The position numbers and the translations under genes were made by a program. Source: a virus (Duplodnaviria; Caudoviricetes). From it: a stretch of 46,490 nucleotides of DNA. The stretch spans positions 1 to 46,490 of the IMG/VR virus record IMGVR_UViG_3300039239_000004; one strand, 5' to 3'. Below the pieces are notes generated by a model, which had not been told where the DNA came from, made no database searches, and saw only the letters and a program-made list of their open reading frames with translations. This document shows, one piece after another, positions 36,333-45,638 of this stretch (position 1 is the stretch's first letter; each line of letters starts with the position of its first letter).

Positions 36333-36623
36333 ATGAACGATTTTGAAAAAACGCTTGCGTGGCTTGCGGGCATGGGTGCGCTGATCGCAGTAGGGCGTGC
36401 GCTGACGAGCCAGGAAAAGCTGTCGTGGCGTGTCGTGCTTGGTCGCACGATTTTGGGGAGCGCGTTGGGCACGGTTGCGGCGCTTATCTATATCCCGTTT
36501 CCGGATGCGCCTCAAGCGGTTGTGATTGGCGCTGGGGCCGGCCTGGGAATTCTGGGCGAGCAAGTCCTGGAGTTGGCGGCGCGTCGGCTCATCTCGTTCA
36601 AGCTGGGAGGTGATCCGAAATGA
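36333..36623 (+). CDS. holin
   Basis: 96 aa with about three hydrophobic segments, directly before the endolysin. Confidence 0.8.
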   Translation: MNDFEKTLAWLAGMGALIAVGRALTSQEKLSWRVVLGRTILGSALGTVAALIYIPFPDAPQAVVIGAGAGLGILGEQVLELAARRLISFKLGGDPK

Positions 36624-37030
36624 GCCGATTCCAACTATCGCAGCGCAGCCTTGCGCGCCTGATCGACGTCCACCCCGACCTTGTCGAAATCGTCAAATTG
36701 GCGATTCAGCGTACGGCCGTGGATTTCACCGTGGTGGAGGGCGTCCGGACGCTGGCGCAGCAGCGCGAGTACGTCACGAAGGGCGCCAGCCAGACGATGA
36801 ACAGCTACCACCTTCCGCAGGCCGATGGCCTCGGCCACGCTGTCGACCTGGCGCCGCTGGTGCGGGGCGCGATCCCTTGGAACGACTGGAAGTCCTTCGT
36901 CGATCTTGCCGGGGTAGTGAAAGCCTGCGCCGCCGAGCTGGGCGTGCCGGTGGAGTGGGGCGGCGACTGGAAGTCGTTCAAGGACGGTCCACACTTCCAG
37001 ATCCCGCGCGACTGGCGAGGCCGGGCATGA
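36620..37030 (+). CDS. endolysin, peptidase M15 (L-Ala-D-Glu type)
   Basis: VHPDL...EGVRT...SYHL...GHAVD...WGGDWKSFKDGPHFQ. Confidence 0.92.
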   Translation: MSRFQLSQRSLARLIDVHPDLVEIVKLAIQRTAVDFTVVEGVRTLAQQREYVTKGASQTMNSYHLPQADGLGHAVDLAPLVRGAIPWNDWKSFVDLAGVVKACAAELGVPVEWGGDWKSFKDGPHFQIPRDWRGRA

Positions 37031-37566
37031 ACGCCGCGACCCAGCTTGGCCAAGCGCTGGCCGGGTGGAAAGGTTACGCAGTGGTCGGACTCGTGGCCGC
37101 GGCACTGGCCAGCTGCGCGGCATGGACCGCCCAGGGTTGGCGCTACACGGCACAACTGGCGGACCTGCGTGCCGCCCACGCGCAGGAACGAGATGCCCAG
37201 GCCCAGGCTACGGTTGCCGCCGTCGAGGCGGTCAGAAATGAAGAAAGGCGGCGCATGGCCGCCGTGGAGATTGCCCGTGATGATGCCCAGAAACAAGCCG
37301 TTGCTGCGGCTGCTGATGCTGCTGGCGCTCGTGATGAGCGTGACCGGCTGCGTGCCCGCACAAACGCGCTGGCTCGCGCCGCAGCCGTCCGCGACCCCGA
37401 CGCTGCCGACGGAAGCCCGGCAGGAGCCTCTGCCGTCGATTTGCTCGCCTACATGCTCGGCCGGGTTAGCGAACGAGCTACAGAGCTTGCGGAAATTGCA
37501 GATCGCGCCCGCATCGCCGGATTGACTTGCGAGAGATTGCACGAGTCTCTCGATCCGAGTGAATAG
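37027..37566 (+). CDS. i-spanin (Rz-like)
   Basis: N-terminal TM segment followed by an Ala/Arg/Glu coiled coil and a C-terminal AGLTCE; follows the endolysin. Confidence 0.8.
   Translation: MNAATQLGQALAGWKGYAVVGLVAAALASCAAWTAQGWRYTAQLADLRAAHAQERDAQAQATVAAVEAVRNEERRRMAAVEIARDDAQKQAVAAAADAAGARDERDRLRARTNALARAAAVRDPDAADGSPAGASAVDLLAYMLGRVSERATELAEIADRARIAGLTCERLHESLDPSE
37280..37525 (+). CDS. o-spanin (Rz1-like lipoprotein) embedded in Rz
   Basis: +1 frame MMPRNKPLLRLLMLLALVMSVTGC lipobox; Pro-rich mature part; GGAG SD at 37266. Confidence 0.75.
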   Translation: MMPRNKPLLRLLMLLALVMSVTGCVPAQTRWLAPQPSATPTLPTEARQEPLPSICSPTCSAGLANELQSLRKLQIAPASPD

Positions 37567-37650
37567 TTACCGGTCGACATGTGGGAGGCGCGGGTGATGT
37601 AACGATGGGTATAATCGGGCCGGTCCCCATTAATTAATTTTCCTTTCACA

Positions 37651-39390
37651 ATGAAACAAGTCCTGCGCAAGATTCTGGTTGCCGCTTTTTTCGTTAGTTC
37701 GCATTCCGCTATTGCTGGGACCTGCCCCTCTATTGGAGCGGCTCCCCGGACCATCGCGTCGAGCGCCGAAACTTACGCAACCACCAAGGGCTTCAGCCTG
37801 CGGGAAGACGGAGTAGTGCTTTACGACTACGGCAAGGCTTTCAATGGCTTGGGAAAATGGGCCGACCCTTTTTTCAATTCTAATTACGCCCTCGGTTTGT
37901 ATCGGGATTTCTTGAATACGAACTGCACGGATGAAAAGCTTAAAGAGCAATTCCTGAATATTGCCGACTGGATGATCGCGGAGGGCAAGACTCGTGGGGA
38001 TATGCTGGTGTGGGAGTACCCATTTTCCGACCCGAACTTCCAGTTGGCCCCGGGATGGATTTCCGGTATTGGGCAATCCCGTATGGCGAGTGTCCTCCTG
38101 CGAGCGAATGCGGTGACGGGCAAGAGTGAATACAAAGCCGCAGCGGAAGCTGCCATGCGTGCCTACGAACACACCATCACGGAGGGCGGCGTGATGGTTT
38201 ATGAAGGGGACGTTGCGTGGCTGGAAGAAATGGCCGACATCAAGGGCAACAGCTTCAAAGTGTTGAACGGCCACATCACGGGCTTGGCCGGTATTCTCGA
38301 TTACTACGCCATCACGAAGGACGAAAAATGGATGGCGGTCGTCAAACGTGGCGTGGCCGCAGTGAAGCGCGATATCCCGAAATTCGATGCCGGATTCTCG
38401 TCATACTATTCGCTAAAAATGCCGAGCAATGCGAGGCCCATCGCGCCTCGTGTTGAGTACAACGCCCTTCACGTGTCGCAACTCATTTGGATGTATGAGA
38501 ATTTTGGCGACCCCGAATTTTTGACCTGGGCAATGCGATTTCATGCTTATGACATGAACGATGATAGGTACAGCGCATCGTCCTCCATTGACCCGATCAA
38601 TCACGGCCCGACGTCTTTGCGGGGCCTGTACGGTGACCACTACTGGTCGGCCTCTCAATTCCCTGCTGACGTCTCAATCAAGCTGAGCGGAATTGAGAAA
38701 ATTACGGGTGTGGCCATTGATATCAACATAGCGCAAGAGCGGCCAATTAATTTTTCGGTTGAAGCTCGCCTTGGCGGCAAGCCTGTTAGCCAAAAGCTGG
38801 TCCGGGAGAATGCCGCGATTCATCTGGATGTCCTATTCGATGCTCCTATCGACGCAGACGAGGTCCTTGTTTCGTTTAAGGATACTGCCGACAAGGATAT
38901 TTTGGCGATAAAATCGATGATGGTGTTGCGAGAATCGCCTCGGTATTCGGCCGTGGCGAACGATTGCAATTTCAGAATCCGTGGGATGCATGACCCGGCA
39001 GAGTACAACTTGAATGACGCTTTGAATCCCGGACCGCATCAAATGCACACGTATTGCGCTGGGTGGATAGTACTGCCCCGCGATAAAGACATGACGATGC
39101 TATACGCTGCTGGCGGTTATGGGGCAACTGGCGGATTCGTAGTTGAGAGTAGCGATGATCTTGTAGATTGGAAGAAAATTGGCAGCGTCCCCGCCGCGGG
39201 AGGGGAAGTCGAAGGATTAACAAATTCGTACGTACGGGTTTCGTTCGATGAAACCATGACGACGATCCGTGAAGTGTTTTTATCAGGCGACTCCGTAATT
39301 GAATGGCGAAAGCCTTCTATCCCAGCTTGGGGTGATTCTCGCATCAGCGGCAATGCTCTCCCCGCACCGGGCAGCGCCGTGATACGGTAG
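37651..39390 (+). CDS. secreted D-glucuronyl C5-epimerase-family protein (moron)
   Basis: Signal peptide (AIA|G). WISGIGQ...LLRA, WLEE, VLNGHITGLAGILDY, FDAGFSSYYSL and EYNALHVSQL align by eye to the GLCE C-terminal domain. TATAAT at 37610. Confidence 0.8.
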   Translation: MKQVLRKILVAAFFVSSHSAIAGTCPSIGAAPRTIASSAETYATTKGFSLREDGVVLYDYGKAFNGLGKWADPFFNSNYALGLYRDFLNTNCTDEKLKEQFLNIADWMIAEGKTRGDMLVWEYPFSDPNFQLAPGWISGIGQSRMASVLLRANAVTGKSEYKAAAEAAMRAYEHTITEGGVMVYEGDVAWLEEMADIKGNSFKVLNGHITGLAGILDYYAITKDEKWMAVVKRGVAAVKRDIPKFDAGFSSYYSLKMPSNARPIAPRVEYNALHVSQLIWMYENFGDPEFLTWAMRFHAYDMNDDRYSASSSIDPINHGPTSLRGLYGDHYWSASQFPADVSIKLSGIEKITGVAIDINIAQERPINFSVEARLGGKPVSQKLVRENAAIHLDVLFDAPIDADEVLVSFKDTADKDILAIKSMMVLRESPRYSAVANDCNFRIRGMHDPAEYNLNDALNPGPHQMHTYCAGWIVLPRDKDMTMLYAAGGYGATGGFVVESSDDLVDWKKIGSVPAAGGEVEGLTNSYVRVSFDETMTTIREVFLSGDSVIEWRKPSIPAWGDSRISGNALPAPGSAVIR

Positions 39391-39556
39391 CCAGCTCTTA
39401 TCGAGTGCGTCATCCCCTTGCGGGTGTCGTTGCCGTGAAAAAAGTGCCCCAAGATGGGGCGCTGATCTATCTTCAGTTGCGGTGCCGCGCGGTGGCGCGA
39501 GGCACATGGCTACCACTCCCCATCGGAGGTGGTAGCCACGACTTCCTGCACAGGTT

Positions 39557-39865
39557 TCATTGCCTGATCCACTGCATCCACCACCCCTGGTAGTAGCGCC
39601 GGCCGTCGATCTCCTCGAACCCGCAGACCATCATGCCGCGGTCAGACGAGAACGTCAGAAGCTCGGGCTCGAGCAGATCGGGGATGGCTCCCTTGTCGGT
39701 GGCGCCGAACTTCATCAGGTCGTCCATCGTCATGACGCGGATGGACCGCTTCATGTCGTCGCGCATGACCGAATACATGCGGACGGTGCCGGTGATGGTC
39801 GGGCCCGGATCGCGGTCGTGACGCTTCTGGCCGAGATGGTGGGTGCGGGTGACGGTGCAGAGCAT
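39557..39865 (-). CDS. hypothetical protein (102 aa), probably SOS-regulated
   Basis: ATG 39865 (MLCTVTRTH...GFEEIDGRRYYQGWW), 17 nt from a LexA box. Confidence 0.7.
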   Translation of the reverse strand: MLCTVTRTHHLGQKRHDRDPGPTITGTVRMYSVMRDDMKRSIRVMTMDDLMKFGATDKGAIPDLLEPELLTFSSDRGMMVCGFEEIDGRRYYQGWWMQWIRQ

Positions 39866-39882
39866 GATGTGCTGGAAAACTA

Positions 39883-39898
39883 CTGTATGGACATACAG
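39883..39898. promoter_or_regulatory. LexA (SOS) box
   Basis: CTGTATGGACATACAG matches CTGT-N8-ACAG, in a divergent intergenic region. Confidence 0.85.
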
Positions 39899-39958
39899 TG
39901 TAATCGCGCCTAGAATTCGCGCAATTCGGCCCCGTTTATGGCCGACGGGGGACGGAAC

Positions 39959-40147
39959 ATGGCGGATCTTGGGGAGTGGGCGCAGCGCGACGAATACTAT
40001 TGGGCAGGCCCGGGCGGCTGGACCATTTGCCGCGTGTTTGCGCAGGCCCGCTGGCAGTTCGAAGTGTGGGCGGGCAATGGCACGCGCCACGGGATGGAAG
40101 CATCCCTGGCCAAGGCCATCCAGCTTTATGAGCGCGTCAAAGGCTGA
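39959..40147 (+). CDS. small Trp-rich hypothetical protein
   Basis: 62 aa with a GGGGGA-like SD; divergent from the LexA box and convergent on SRAP. Confidence 0.55.
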   Translation: MADLGEWAQRDEYYWAGPGGWTICRVFAQARWQFEVWAGNGTRHGMEASLAKAIQLYERVKG

Positions 40148-40149
40148 CG

Positions 40150-40821
40150 CTATTTGCCGGGCATCGGCGTGGCAACCAGCTTGTCGGCCGGGAAGGGCAC
40201 CAGAAAGTCGCGGGTTGCCTCGGCCGGCGCGGTCAGCCAGTCGCCGTAGGCGCCCTCGGGCAGGATGACTACCATCCGCTTTTCCTTGCCGGCCTGGTGG
40301 TAGTCGCGGAATAGGAGGTCGTCGTCCGCGTTGATGGTCAGCATGGTGTAGCTCTCCTGGACCTGGCCGGCGGCATCCCGCCATCGATCCCAGAGGCCGG
40401 CGATACCCAGCGGCGCGCCGTCGGCACGGGTGAAGCGCGTGGCCACCGCCGCCCCAGAGCGCCAGTCGGGTTCGAAGATGGCATCGGCCGGGATGATGCA
40501 GTGCTGCCCGCGGCGCCAGGCGTTCCCGAAGGTGAAGGACTTGGGCGCCGTCTCGCTGCGCGCGTTGAACGTCGACAGCTTCCCGGCCTTTTCCAGGCCA
40601 TCGGCTTTCGTCATCGCACTGATCAGGCCCCAGCGGCCGGCCACGGCCTCCCGCTCCGGCACCGCCTCGTCGCCCGCGTCATGCTCCACCGGCCGGCGCA
40701 CAAACACGCCCTGGTAGCGCGGCCACATGTCGTACTTGCCGAGAGCGGCCGTGTTGTCGCGCACGCCGAACTTCTTGATCAGCAGCTCGGCGTCTTTCAG
40801 AGTCTGGTAGTGGCTGCACAT
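40150..40821 (-). CDS. SRAP/HMCES-family abasic-site crosslinking protein
   Basis: MC N-terminus (Cys2); RWGLI, TFNARSET, CIIPADAIFE, AGLW, MLTINADD, H...KRMVVIL. Confidence 0.9.
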   Translation of the reverse strand: MCSHYQTLKDAELLIKKFGVRDNTAALGKYDMWPRYQGVFVRRPVEHDAGDEAVPEREAVAGRWGLISAMTKADGLEKAGKLSTFNARSETAPKSFTFGNAWRRGQHCIIPADAIFEPDWRSGAAVATRFTRADGAPLGIAGLWDRWRDAAGQVQESYTMLTINADDDLLFRDYHQAGKEKRMVVILPEGAYGDWLTAPAEATRDFLVPFPADKLVATPMPGK

Positions 40822-40899
40822 CGGGTGTCTCCATTCGATTGCGGCAGTTCGTTTCAACTGCTATGGTCATCATTCCCAAACCAAATTTAGAACAAGATT

Positions 40900-41127
40900 A
40901 TGGCCGACGACACCCAGCAACAGACCCAAGTTAACTCACTAGATTTGGCTCTCATTCGGCAGACTACCTCTGCCAGTCCCCAGGACGTGAATTCGTATCT
41001 GGACCTAGGCTGGCGTGTTCTTAAGGTACTTGCAAAGAAGGATGATGACGGCAGCGAGTTCGTTCGATATGAGTTGGCATGGGTGCAAGATTTGCCCGCC
41101 CCTTCGCCGTATCGGAACGCTATCTAG
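40900..41127 (+). CDS. hypothetical protein next to att
   Basis: 75-aa ORF in an AT-richer segment. Confidence 0.55.
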   Translation: MADDTQQQTQVNSLDLALIRQTTSASPQDVNSYLDLGWRVLKVLAKKDDDGSEFVRYELAWVQDLPAPSPYRNAI

Positions 41128-41263
41128 CGGCTCTCTGGTGGGTTTCAAGCGGTGGGGGATTTATTGGCAAAGTAGGCGCAATCCGGCGTAATCGACGCGC
41201 TGGGCGCGAAGCCAAAGCCCTGCAAAATCAACGACCTAGGGCTATGCGCCTGTCGCGTCCGTT

Positions 41264-41310
41264 GACTCATAATCCGTTGGTGCCGAGTTCGACTCTCGGG
41301 GGGCCTACCA
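41264..41310 (+). mobile_element. att core = 3' half of a tRNA with CAT anticodon (Ile2-like)
   Basis: GACTCATAATCCGTTGGTGCCGAGTTCGACTCTCGGGGGGCCTACCA gives an anticodon loop, T-arm and CCA, with no 5' half upstream. Adjacent to the integrase 3' end; IHF-like sites at about 41226 and 41325. Confidence 0.88.
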
Positions 41311-41326
41311 AAGAAATCCTGAGAAA

Positions 41327-42409
41327 TCAGGTACCTACAGCCGCCAGCAATGGCGGCTGTTTCGTTTCCGGCGTCTGCTGTGACCAAAACGTGACCGTCT
41401 CGGCGTGTGCAGCAAGGTGCGTCGGCGCCAGGTGGGCATACTTCTGGACCATCTCGATACGTTCCCAGCCGCCCAGTTCCTTGAGCACCATGAGAGGCGT
41501 GCCGGCTTGGACGTGCCAGGATGCCCAGGTGTGGCGCAGGTCGTGGAAATGGAAGTCCTTGATGCCGACGGCACGGCAGGCCCGCTCGAACATACGGGCG
41601 TCGACTTGGCTGATCTTGGCAACCTCGCGCCCAGCCCTGGCCGCACGCGTGAAGATCAGCTTGTCATGTATCCCGCGCCGGCGGCTCAGAACGGCCAAAG
41701 CGTCAGCATTTAGCGGCACGGCGCGCGCTCTCTTGGACTTTGCACGTCCATGCGTTACCCATGCGTGGCTGCGCGCTGTATCGACCTGGGACCATGTCAG
41801 CGACAGAATCTCATCGGCCCGCATGCCGGTGGCGACAGCAAACAGCGCTACCTCCTTCATCCAGTCCATGGCAAGAGCCTGGATCAGTGCAGTGATCACC
41901 GGCCGAGGCTCCCAGCGCACGCGCACGTCTGGCTCTTCGAACTTGGCCAGCTTGGGCGTTTTGGTGATCCACCCCCATTCCGCGCACAAGGTCAGGATGC
42001 GGCGAATGGTGGACAGGTAGCGGTTCTTGGTCGCCGGCTTTATGGCGATCGTGGCGCGGTGCTGATAGGTGCGGTGGGTCGGGAGCGCATCAGCGATCAC
42101 GCCCGCGGTTAAAGAGCGGACAGGCTGGCCGGCGAACTGTTCACGCCAATAGGCGACGTGGCGCAGCTTCGTCTGATAGTCGCGCTGGCCTTCGCTCTGG
42201 CGAAGGAAGCGCACGGCAGCCTCTTCGAAAACATGGTCCGGCGTCTCTCCAAGCTTGTCGACGCGCCACAACTCGGCCTTTACCTTGTCGTGGTATTCCT
42301 GGGCGGCCTTGCGGTCTTTCGTCCCAGTAGAGCGTCTAATTCGCTCGCCGCTTGGCGCGCGGAGGTCAAGTTTAAAGATGCCGGAGACGGGATCTTTGCG
42401 GATGGGCAT
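41327..42409 (-). CDS. int: tyrosine integrase
   Basis: ATGMRADE (R), KSK (K), FHDLRHTWASW (H-x-x-R), LGGW and KYAH (Y). Confidence 0.96.
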   Translation of the reverse strand: MPIRKDPVSGIFKLDLRAPSGERIRRSTGTKDRKAAQEYHDKVKAELWRVDKLGETPDHVFEEAAVRFLRQSEGQRDYQTKLRHVAYWREQFAGQPVRSLTAGVIADALPTHRTYQHRATIAIKPATKNRYLSTIRRILTLCAEWGWITKTPKLAKFEEPDVRVRWEPRPVITALIQALAMDWMKEVALFAVATGMRADEILSLTWSQVDTARSHAWVTHGRAKSKRARAVPLNADALAVLSRRRGIHDKLIFTRAARAGREVAKISQVDARMFERACRAVGIKDFHFHDLRHTWASWHVQAGTPLMVLKELGGWERIEMVQKYAHLAPTHLAAHAETVTFWSQQTPETKQPPLLAAVGT

Positions 42410-42624
42410 TCTTCTACTCCACCAACCCGCACTGCTAGCCGGGTCAGATTGTTACGTTTTTGGCCCAGCTCAGCAAGCCGGGACGGCCAGACACGCCAGA
42501 CGCGCGATCCGGGCAACCGAAAGCCGATGCGCTCGCGCTGGGCAAACACCGTGCTGTAGGAGAGGTTCAGGCGCGCGGCCGCCTCCTGAAGCGTGAGGGC
42601 TATTTCCTCGTCTGTTTCACTCAT
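42280..42624 (-). CDS. excisionase-like HTH protein
   Basis: LTLQEAAARLNLSYSTV...GSRVWRV MerR/Xis-like motif; overlaps the int start. Confidence 0.75.
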   Translation of the reverse strand: MSETDEEIALTLQEAAARLNLSYSTVFAQRERIGFRLPGSRVWRVWPSRLAELGQKRNNLTRLAVRVGGVEECPSAKIPSPASLNLTSARQAASELDALLGRKTARPPRNTTTR

Positions 42625-43042
42625 CCCCGCCTCCGTCCTTGCTGGGCTGGGTGGCCCCGATCTCGGCGGCAGCGCGGACGATGGCGCGGCGCGTAGCCTC
42701 GTTCGGGTCTGTACCCAGCGTTTTCAGATAGTCGGTGAGACGCTGTACCGGTCCAGGGTCAACCGCATACTCTTGCAATATGGCGATGTCTGCCGCTCCC
42801 CTGACTTTCTTGTGCGCATAGATCGTTCGGCCGAATTCGTATGGTCCCAGGCGATACTCGACGATGATGTGCAGCTTCACCGCCAGCCGCAGCGCGTCGC
42901 CGTCGTCGGTGAGCGGGTTCCAGCGGTTGGCCGTATCAGGATGCTGGTCCTCCGGGTGGGCCCACATGTTGTCGTCGTAGTCCCCATATGTCACCAGACC
43001 TACTGCCTTAGCCGCCAGCTCCAACAGTTCACGGTCATTCAT
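42617..43042 (-). CDS. conserved-looking phage hypothetical protein
   Basis: MNDRELLELAAKAVG...WNPLTDDGDALRLAVKL...ATRRAIVRAAAEIG; AAGGAG SD. Confidence 0.75.
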   Translation of the reverse strand: MNDRELLELAAKAVGLVTYGDYDDNMWAHPEDQHPDTANRWNPLTDDGDALRLAVKLHIIVEYRLGPYEFGRTIYAHKKVRGAADIAILQEYAVDPGPVQRLTDYLKTLGTDPNEATRRAIVRAAAEIGATQPSKDGGGDE

Positions 43043-43637
43043 CGCGCTCTCCTTGTTCGGTCGGCTGGGTGGGAGAAAGGGCGGCGCTAGCGGCATCAGC
43101 GGCAGCGTCAACCTGATCGGCACTCGGCGGCGCTTCGTCATCCAAGTCGCAACCCATAGCCGTCAGGGCGGTGTCCATGCGTTCAAGCCAGCCAACGTCT
43201 TGTTGGGTGATGGCGGCGCGAAACGACCGCCAACGCGCCGCATCGCGCACCACGTCGCTGGCCTGGGGCGCGGCATCGCAAGTGCCTGATTTCATTGCAT
43301 AACGCGAATTCGAGTTATGCGCCTCCCCGGCTACAGGGGCGCTTGCCAGGGCGGCGCGCCACGCCATCCCGGCCAGCTTCATCGCATCGCGGTCGTAGGG
43401 ACCGCAGTTGTGCCGGGCGAAGTCTCCGCCGACACCTTTGGCCCACGCTTCAAACGCTGTAGGCTCGCCCGCCTGCACGCCCTCCGCGCGCAGCTTGGAC
43501 AGCAGGGCGCGCAGTTCTTCGCGACTGATCTTCACGCCTCTGGTCTGCTCCTTTTTGCAGAGACTCAGCAAGCGTTCCAAGGCTTCAACGGCGGTTTCAT
43601 GCTCTGCCGACTGGGCGGGGTTGTTCTGGTCGGTCAT
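43035..43637 (-). CDS. mosaic hypothetical early protein
   Basis: 200 aa; coupled to its neighbours; contains an RDAARWR module. Confidence 0.65.
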   Translation of the reverse strand: MTDQNNPAQSAEHETAVEALERLLSLCKKEQTRGVKISREELRALLSKLRAEGVQAGEPTAFEAWAKGVGGDFARHNCGPYDRDAMKLAGMAWRAALASAPVAGEAHNSNSRYAMKSGTCDAAPQASDVVRDAARWRSFRAAITQQDVGWLERMDTALTAMGCDLDDEAPPSADQVDAAADAASAALSPTQPTEQGERDE

Positions 43638-44038
43638 GCTGCCTCCGAGGTGGAGCGGAATTCATCAATGTCCGCTTGCGTGACCGTGAAGCGCTGAACC
43701 TGTGTGACCTTGTAGAAGGCCGGCGTGACGTTGGCGTCGAGCCAAGTTTCGATCATCGCCTTGAGTTCGGCGCGCTTGGTGTCCGGCAGGTCGTGGCTGT
43801 TGAGGTAGCTTTCGGCATGCTCGCCGTTACCGTCGAACGCCAGCGCTTGCATACGGTCGATCATGTCGCCGAAGTCGAAGAAACTTGACGGCTTCGGGGT
43901 GACGGACACTCCCAGGTAGTACTCGCGGCCTTCCTCCAGTTCACCCTGGCCGTCGAGATCGTCGAGGGCATCACCAGCTTCACCAGTAGTGAAATCTTCG
44001 TTGTTCAGGCTGTAGCAGTCGAATTTCGTTTCGCTCAT
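43634..44038 (-). CDS. acidic hypothetical protein
   Basis: 134 aa; ATGA overlaps; AAGGA SD. Confidence 0.7.
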   Translation of the reverse strand: MSETKFDCYSLNNEDFTTGEAGDALDDLDGQGELEEGREYYLGVSVTPKPSSFFDFGDMIDRMQALAFDGNGEHAESYLNSHDLPDTKRAELKAMIETWLDANVTPAFYKVTQVQRFTVTQADIDEFRSTSEAA

Positions 44039-44415
44039 GTCCTTTCCTTGGTGGTGGGATGGGCGGCCAGTTCAAACTCATGGCGGTACCCAGCGGCCAT
44101 ACGCTTGAACGCTGGCGTGGTCGTTACTCGCAGCTTCGCTTTGCCAAAGGCGCGGCCGTTCGGATCCACGAAGCTGCGAAGGAAGAATGTGCGCTCCGGG
44201 AACTTGCCGGGCTTGTGGTGGCTGACGACCTCCAGCACCATTTCGCCCATGCCATCGGCAATCGCCACCTGGTCCGGGTCATACAGATACCCGCTGTCCC
44301 GAGCCTCAAATCGGACGCCAGGCCGCCACGTCTTGCCGTCGTAGAACTCGCCATCTTTCGGCCCGCTGTATTCCTCCAGGGCGAACGGATAAGCAACGCG
44401 GAAAGTTTCCATCAC
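44035..44415 (-). CDS. hypothetical protein
   Basis: 126 aa; GGAG SD; overlaps both neighbours. Confidence 0.65.
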   Translation of the reverse strand: MMETFRVAYPFALEEYSGPKDGEFYDGKTWRPGVRFEARDSGYLYDPDQVAIADGMGEMVLEVVSHHKPGKFPERTFFLRSFVDPNGRAFGKAKLRVTTTPAFKRMAAGYRHEFELAAHPTTKERT

Positions 44416-45095
44416 TCCCCTCCCTGCTGGGAGGCGGAAAGGGCGGCATCAAATTGCGCCAGCGAGTCCCAGAAGGTGCCGTTCTCGCGGAGCAGTTTTT
44501 CCAACTCTCTTTCGTTGAATGTTTCGGCTTTGAAATCGCCATGCACGAAAATGCTTCCGATGAGCCATGCAATTCGGCGCAGCCGCTCCGCATCCAGCGC
44601 ATCGCCAGCAGCGGGAGCGGGGCGGCAGGATTTGACGTACTCGGCGATGCCCGGGATGTCCTGGAAAGCGATGGTGAAGCCGCGCCCGTCGCAATGCGGG
44701 CATTCCTCCTTGAAATCCTGCACGTCGGTCTTGCGCTCGGCTACCTGGCGCTCGACGAAGACGTGGCCGGAGCCGTTGCAGGCGTCGCACGAAAGCTCCC
44801 AGTCGCGCTCCTGCTCAGATCCAGCGGGAATAGGGTGCGCCCCGTGGTAGACGCAGCTCGATCCCTGGTACACGCCTACGCTCACGCCGCGAGGGTCGGG
44901 GTCGACGGTGACGGTCAGGGGAGGGGATTCTGGTGCAGCGGCGAGCATGGCTCGGTATCTCGCACCGTTACCGAGATTTTGCTCAGCCGAGTAAGAGTCC
45001 ACCATAAGCGTGGGTATCGGGGCCTGACGTGCGGCTGTCAGCATCTCTTCGGTCGGCCAAACGGGCACCAGCTTCCATCCATTGTTCGTGTTCAT
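44412..45095 (-). CDS. mosaic early protein with DnaJ-type Zn-finger repeats
   Basis: GWKLVPVWPTEEML module; CDACNGSG and CPHCDGRG repeats. Confidence 0.7.
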   Translation of the reverse strand: MNTNNGWKLVPVWPTEEMLTAARQAPIPTLMVDSYSAEQNLGNGARYRAMLAAAPESPPLTVTVDPDPRGVSVGVYQGSSCVYHGAHPIPAGSEQERDWELSCDACNGSGHVFVERQVAERKTDVQDFKEECPHCDGRGFTIAFQDIPGIAEYVKSCRPAPAAGDALDAERLRRIAWLIGSIFVHGDFKAETFNERELEKLLRENGTFWDSLAQFDAALSASQQGGE

Positions 45096-45099
45096 GCTC

Positions 45100-45561
45100 T
45101 CAGGCTCCGGTGGCGCGCGCGGCGTCAAGCTCGGCGCGGATCTGGGTTTGCAGAAGAAGGTCGGTCTGGTCGTCCGGGTCGGCGGTGGCCATGGCGCGGC
45201 GCAGGGCGGGCATGGTGGTGGCCAGGCCGGCCATGGTCTCGGCGCGGATCGGCACCAGGTATTTCAGGGCGATGTGCAGCTCGCGCAGCGGGTCCAGCGG
45301 CAGCATGCGGTCGTGGCGCGTGCACCACATTTCGAAGTGCCAGATAACGCCCTCGATCGCGCCGGCGGACTCGTACCATTTGCCGTCGCCCGCGCGGAAC
45401 TGCGGGATGCCCTTGGCATCGGTGTGCACGGTGCCGTCGCGGTTGATCTGGTCGATGATGGCCTCAAGCGGGCGCAGCACCAGGTCGGTGGCGACGAGCA
45501 TGGGCGCACGGACGGCGCGGGGCCGGTACTGCTTGCGGCGGGGCTTGCGGGCGTGGGTCAT
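45100..45561 (-). CDS. hypothetical protein with basic N-terminus
   Basis: ATG 45561 (MTHARKPRRKQYRPR); strong GC3 codon bias. Confidence 0.65.
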   Translation of the reverse strand: MTHARKPRRKQYRPRAVRAPMLVATDLVLRPLEAIIDQINRDGTVHTDAKGIPQFRAGDGKWYESAGAIEGVIWHFEMWCTRHDRMLPLDPLRELHIALKYLVPIRAETMAGLATTMPALRRAMATADPDDQTDLLLQTQIRAELDAARATGA

Positions 45562-45638
45562 GGTGGTGTGCCGTAAAGGTGGCCGGCGGGCAGCGTGGGG
45601 CGGACGTGAGGGTCCCGCCGCCGCACCGGCCGAAAGGG

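Noticed and set aside
39866-40384. 275-aa ORF 39557..40384 as a single gene
   Set aside because: Its 5' part overlaps SRAP, an opposite-strand ORF and the LexA box; only the last 102 codons look coding.
41240-41310. Complete functional tRNA gene
   Set aside because: The 5' acceptor strand and D-arm are missing; only anticodon loop to CCA is present, as expected for an att core.
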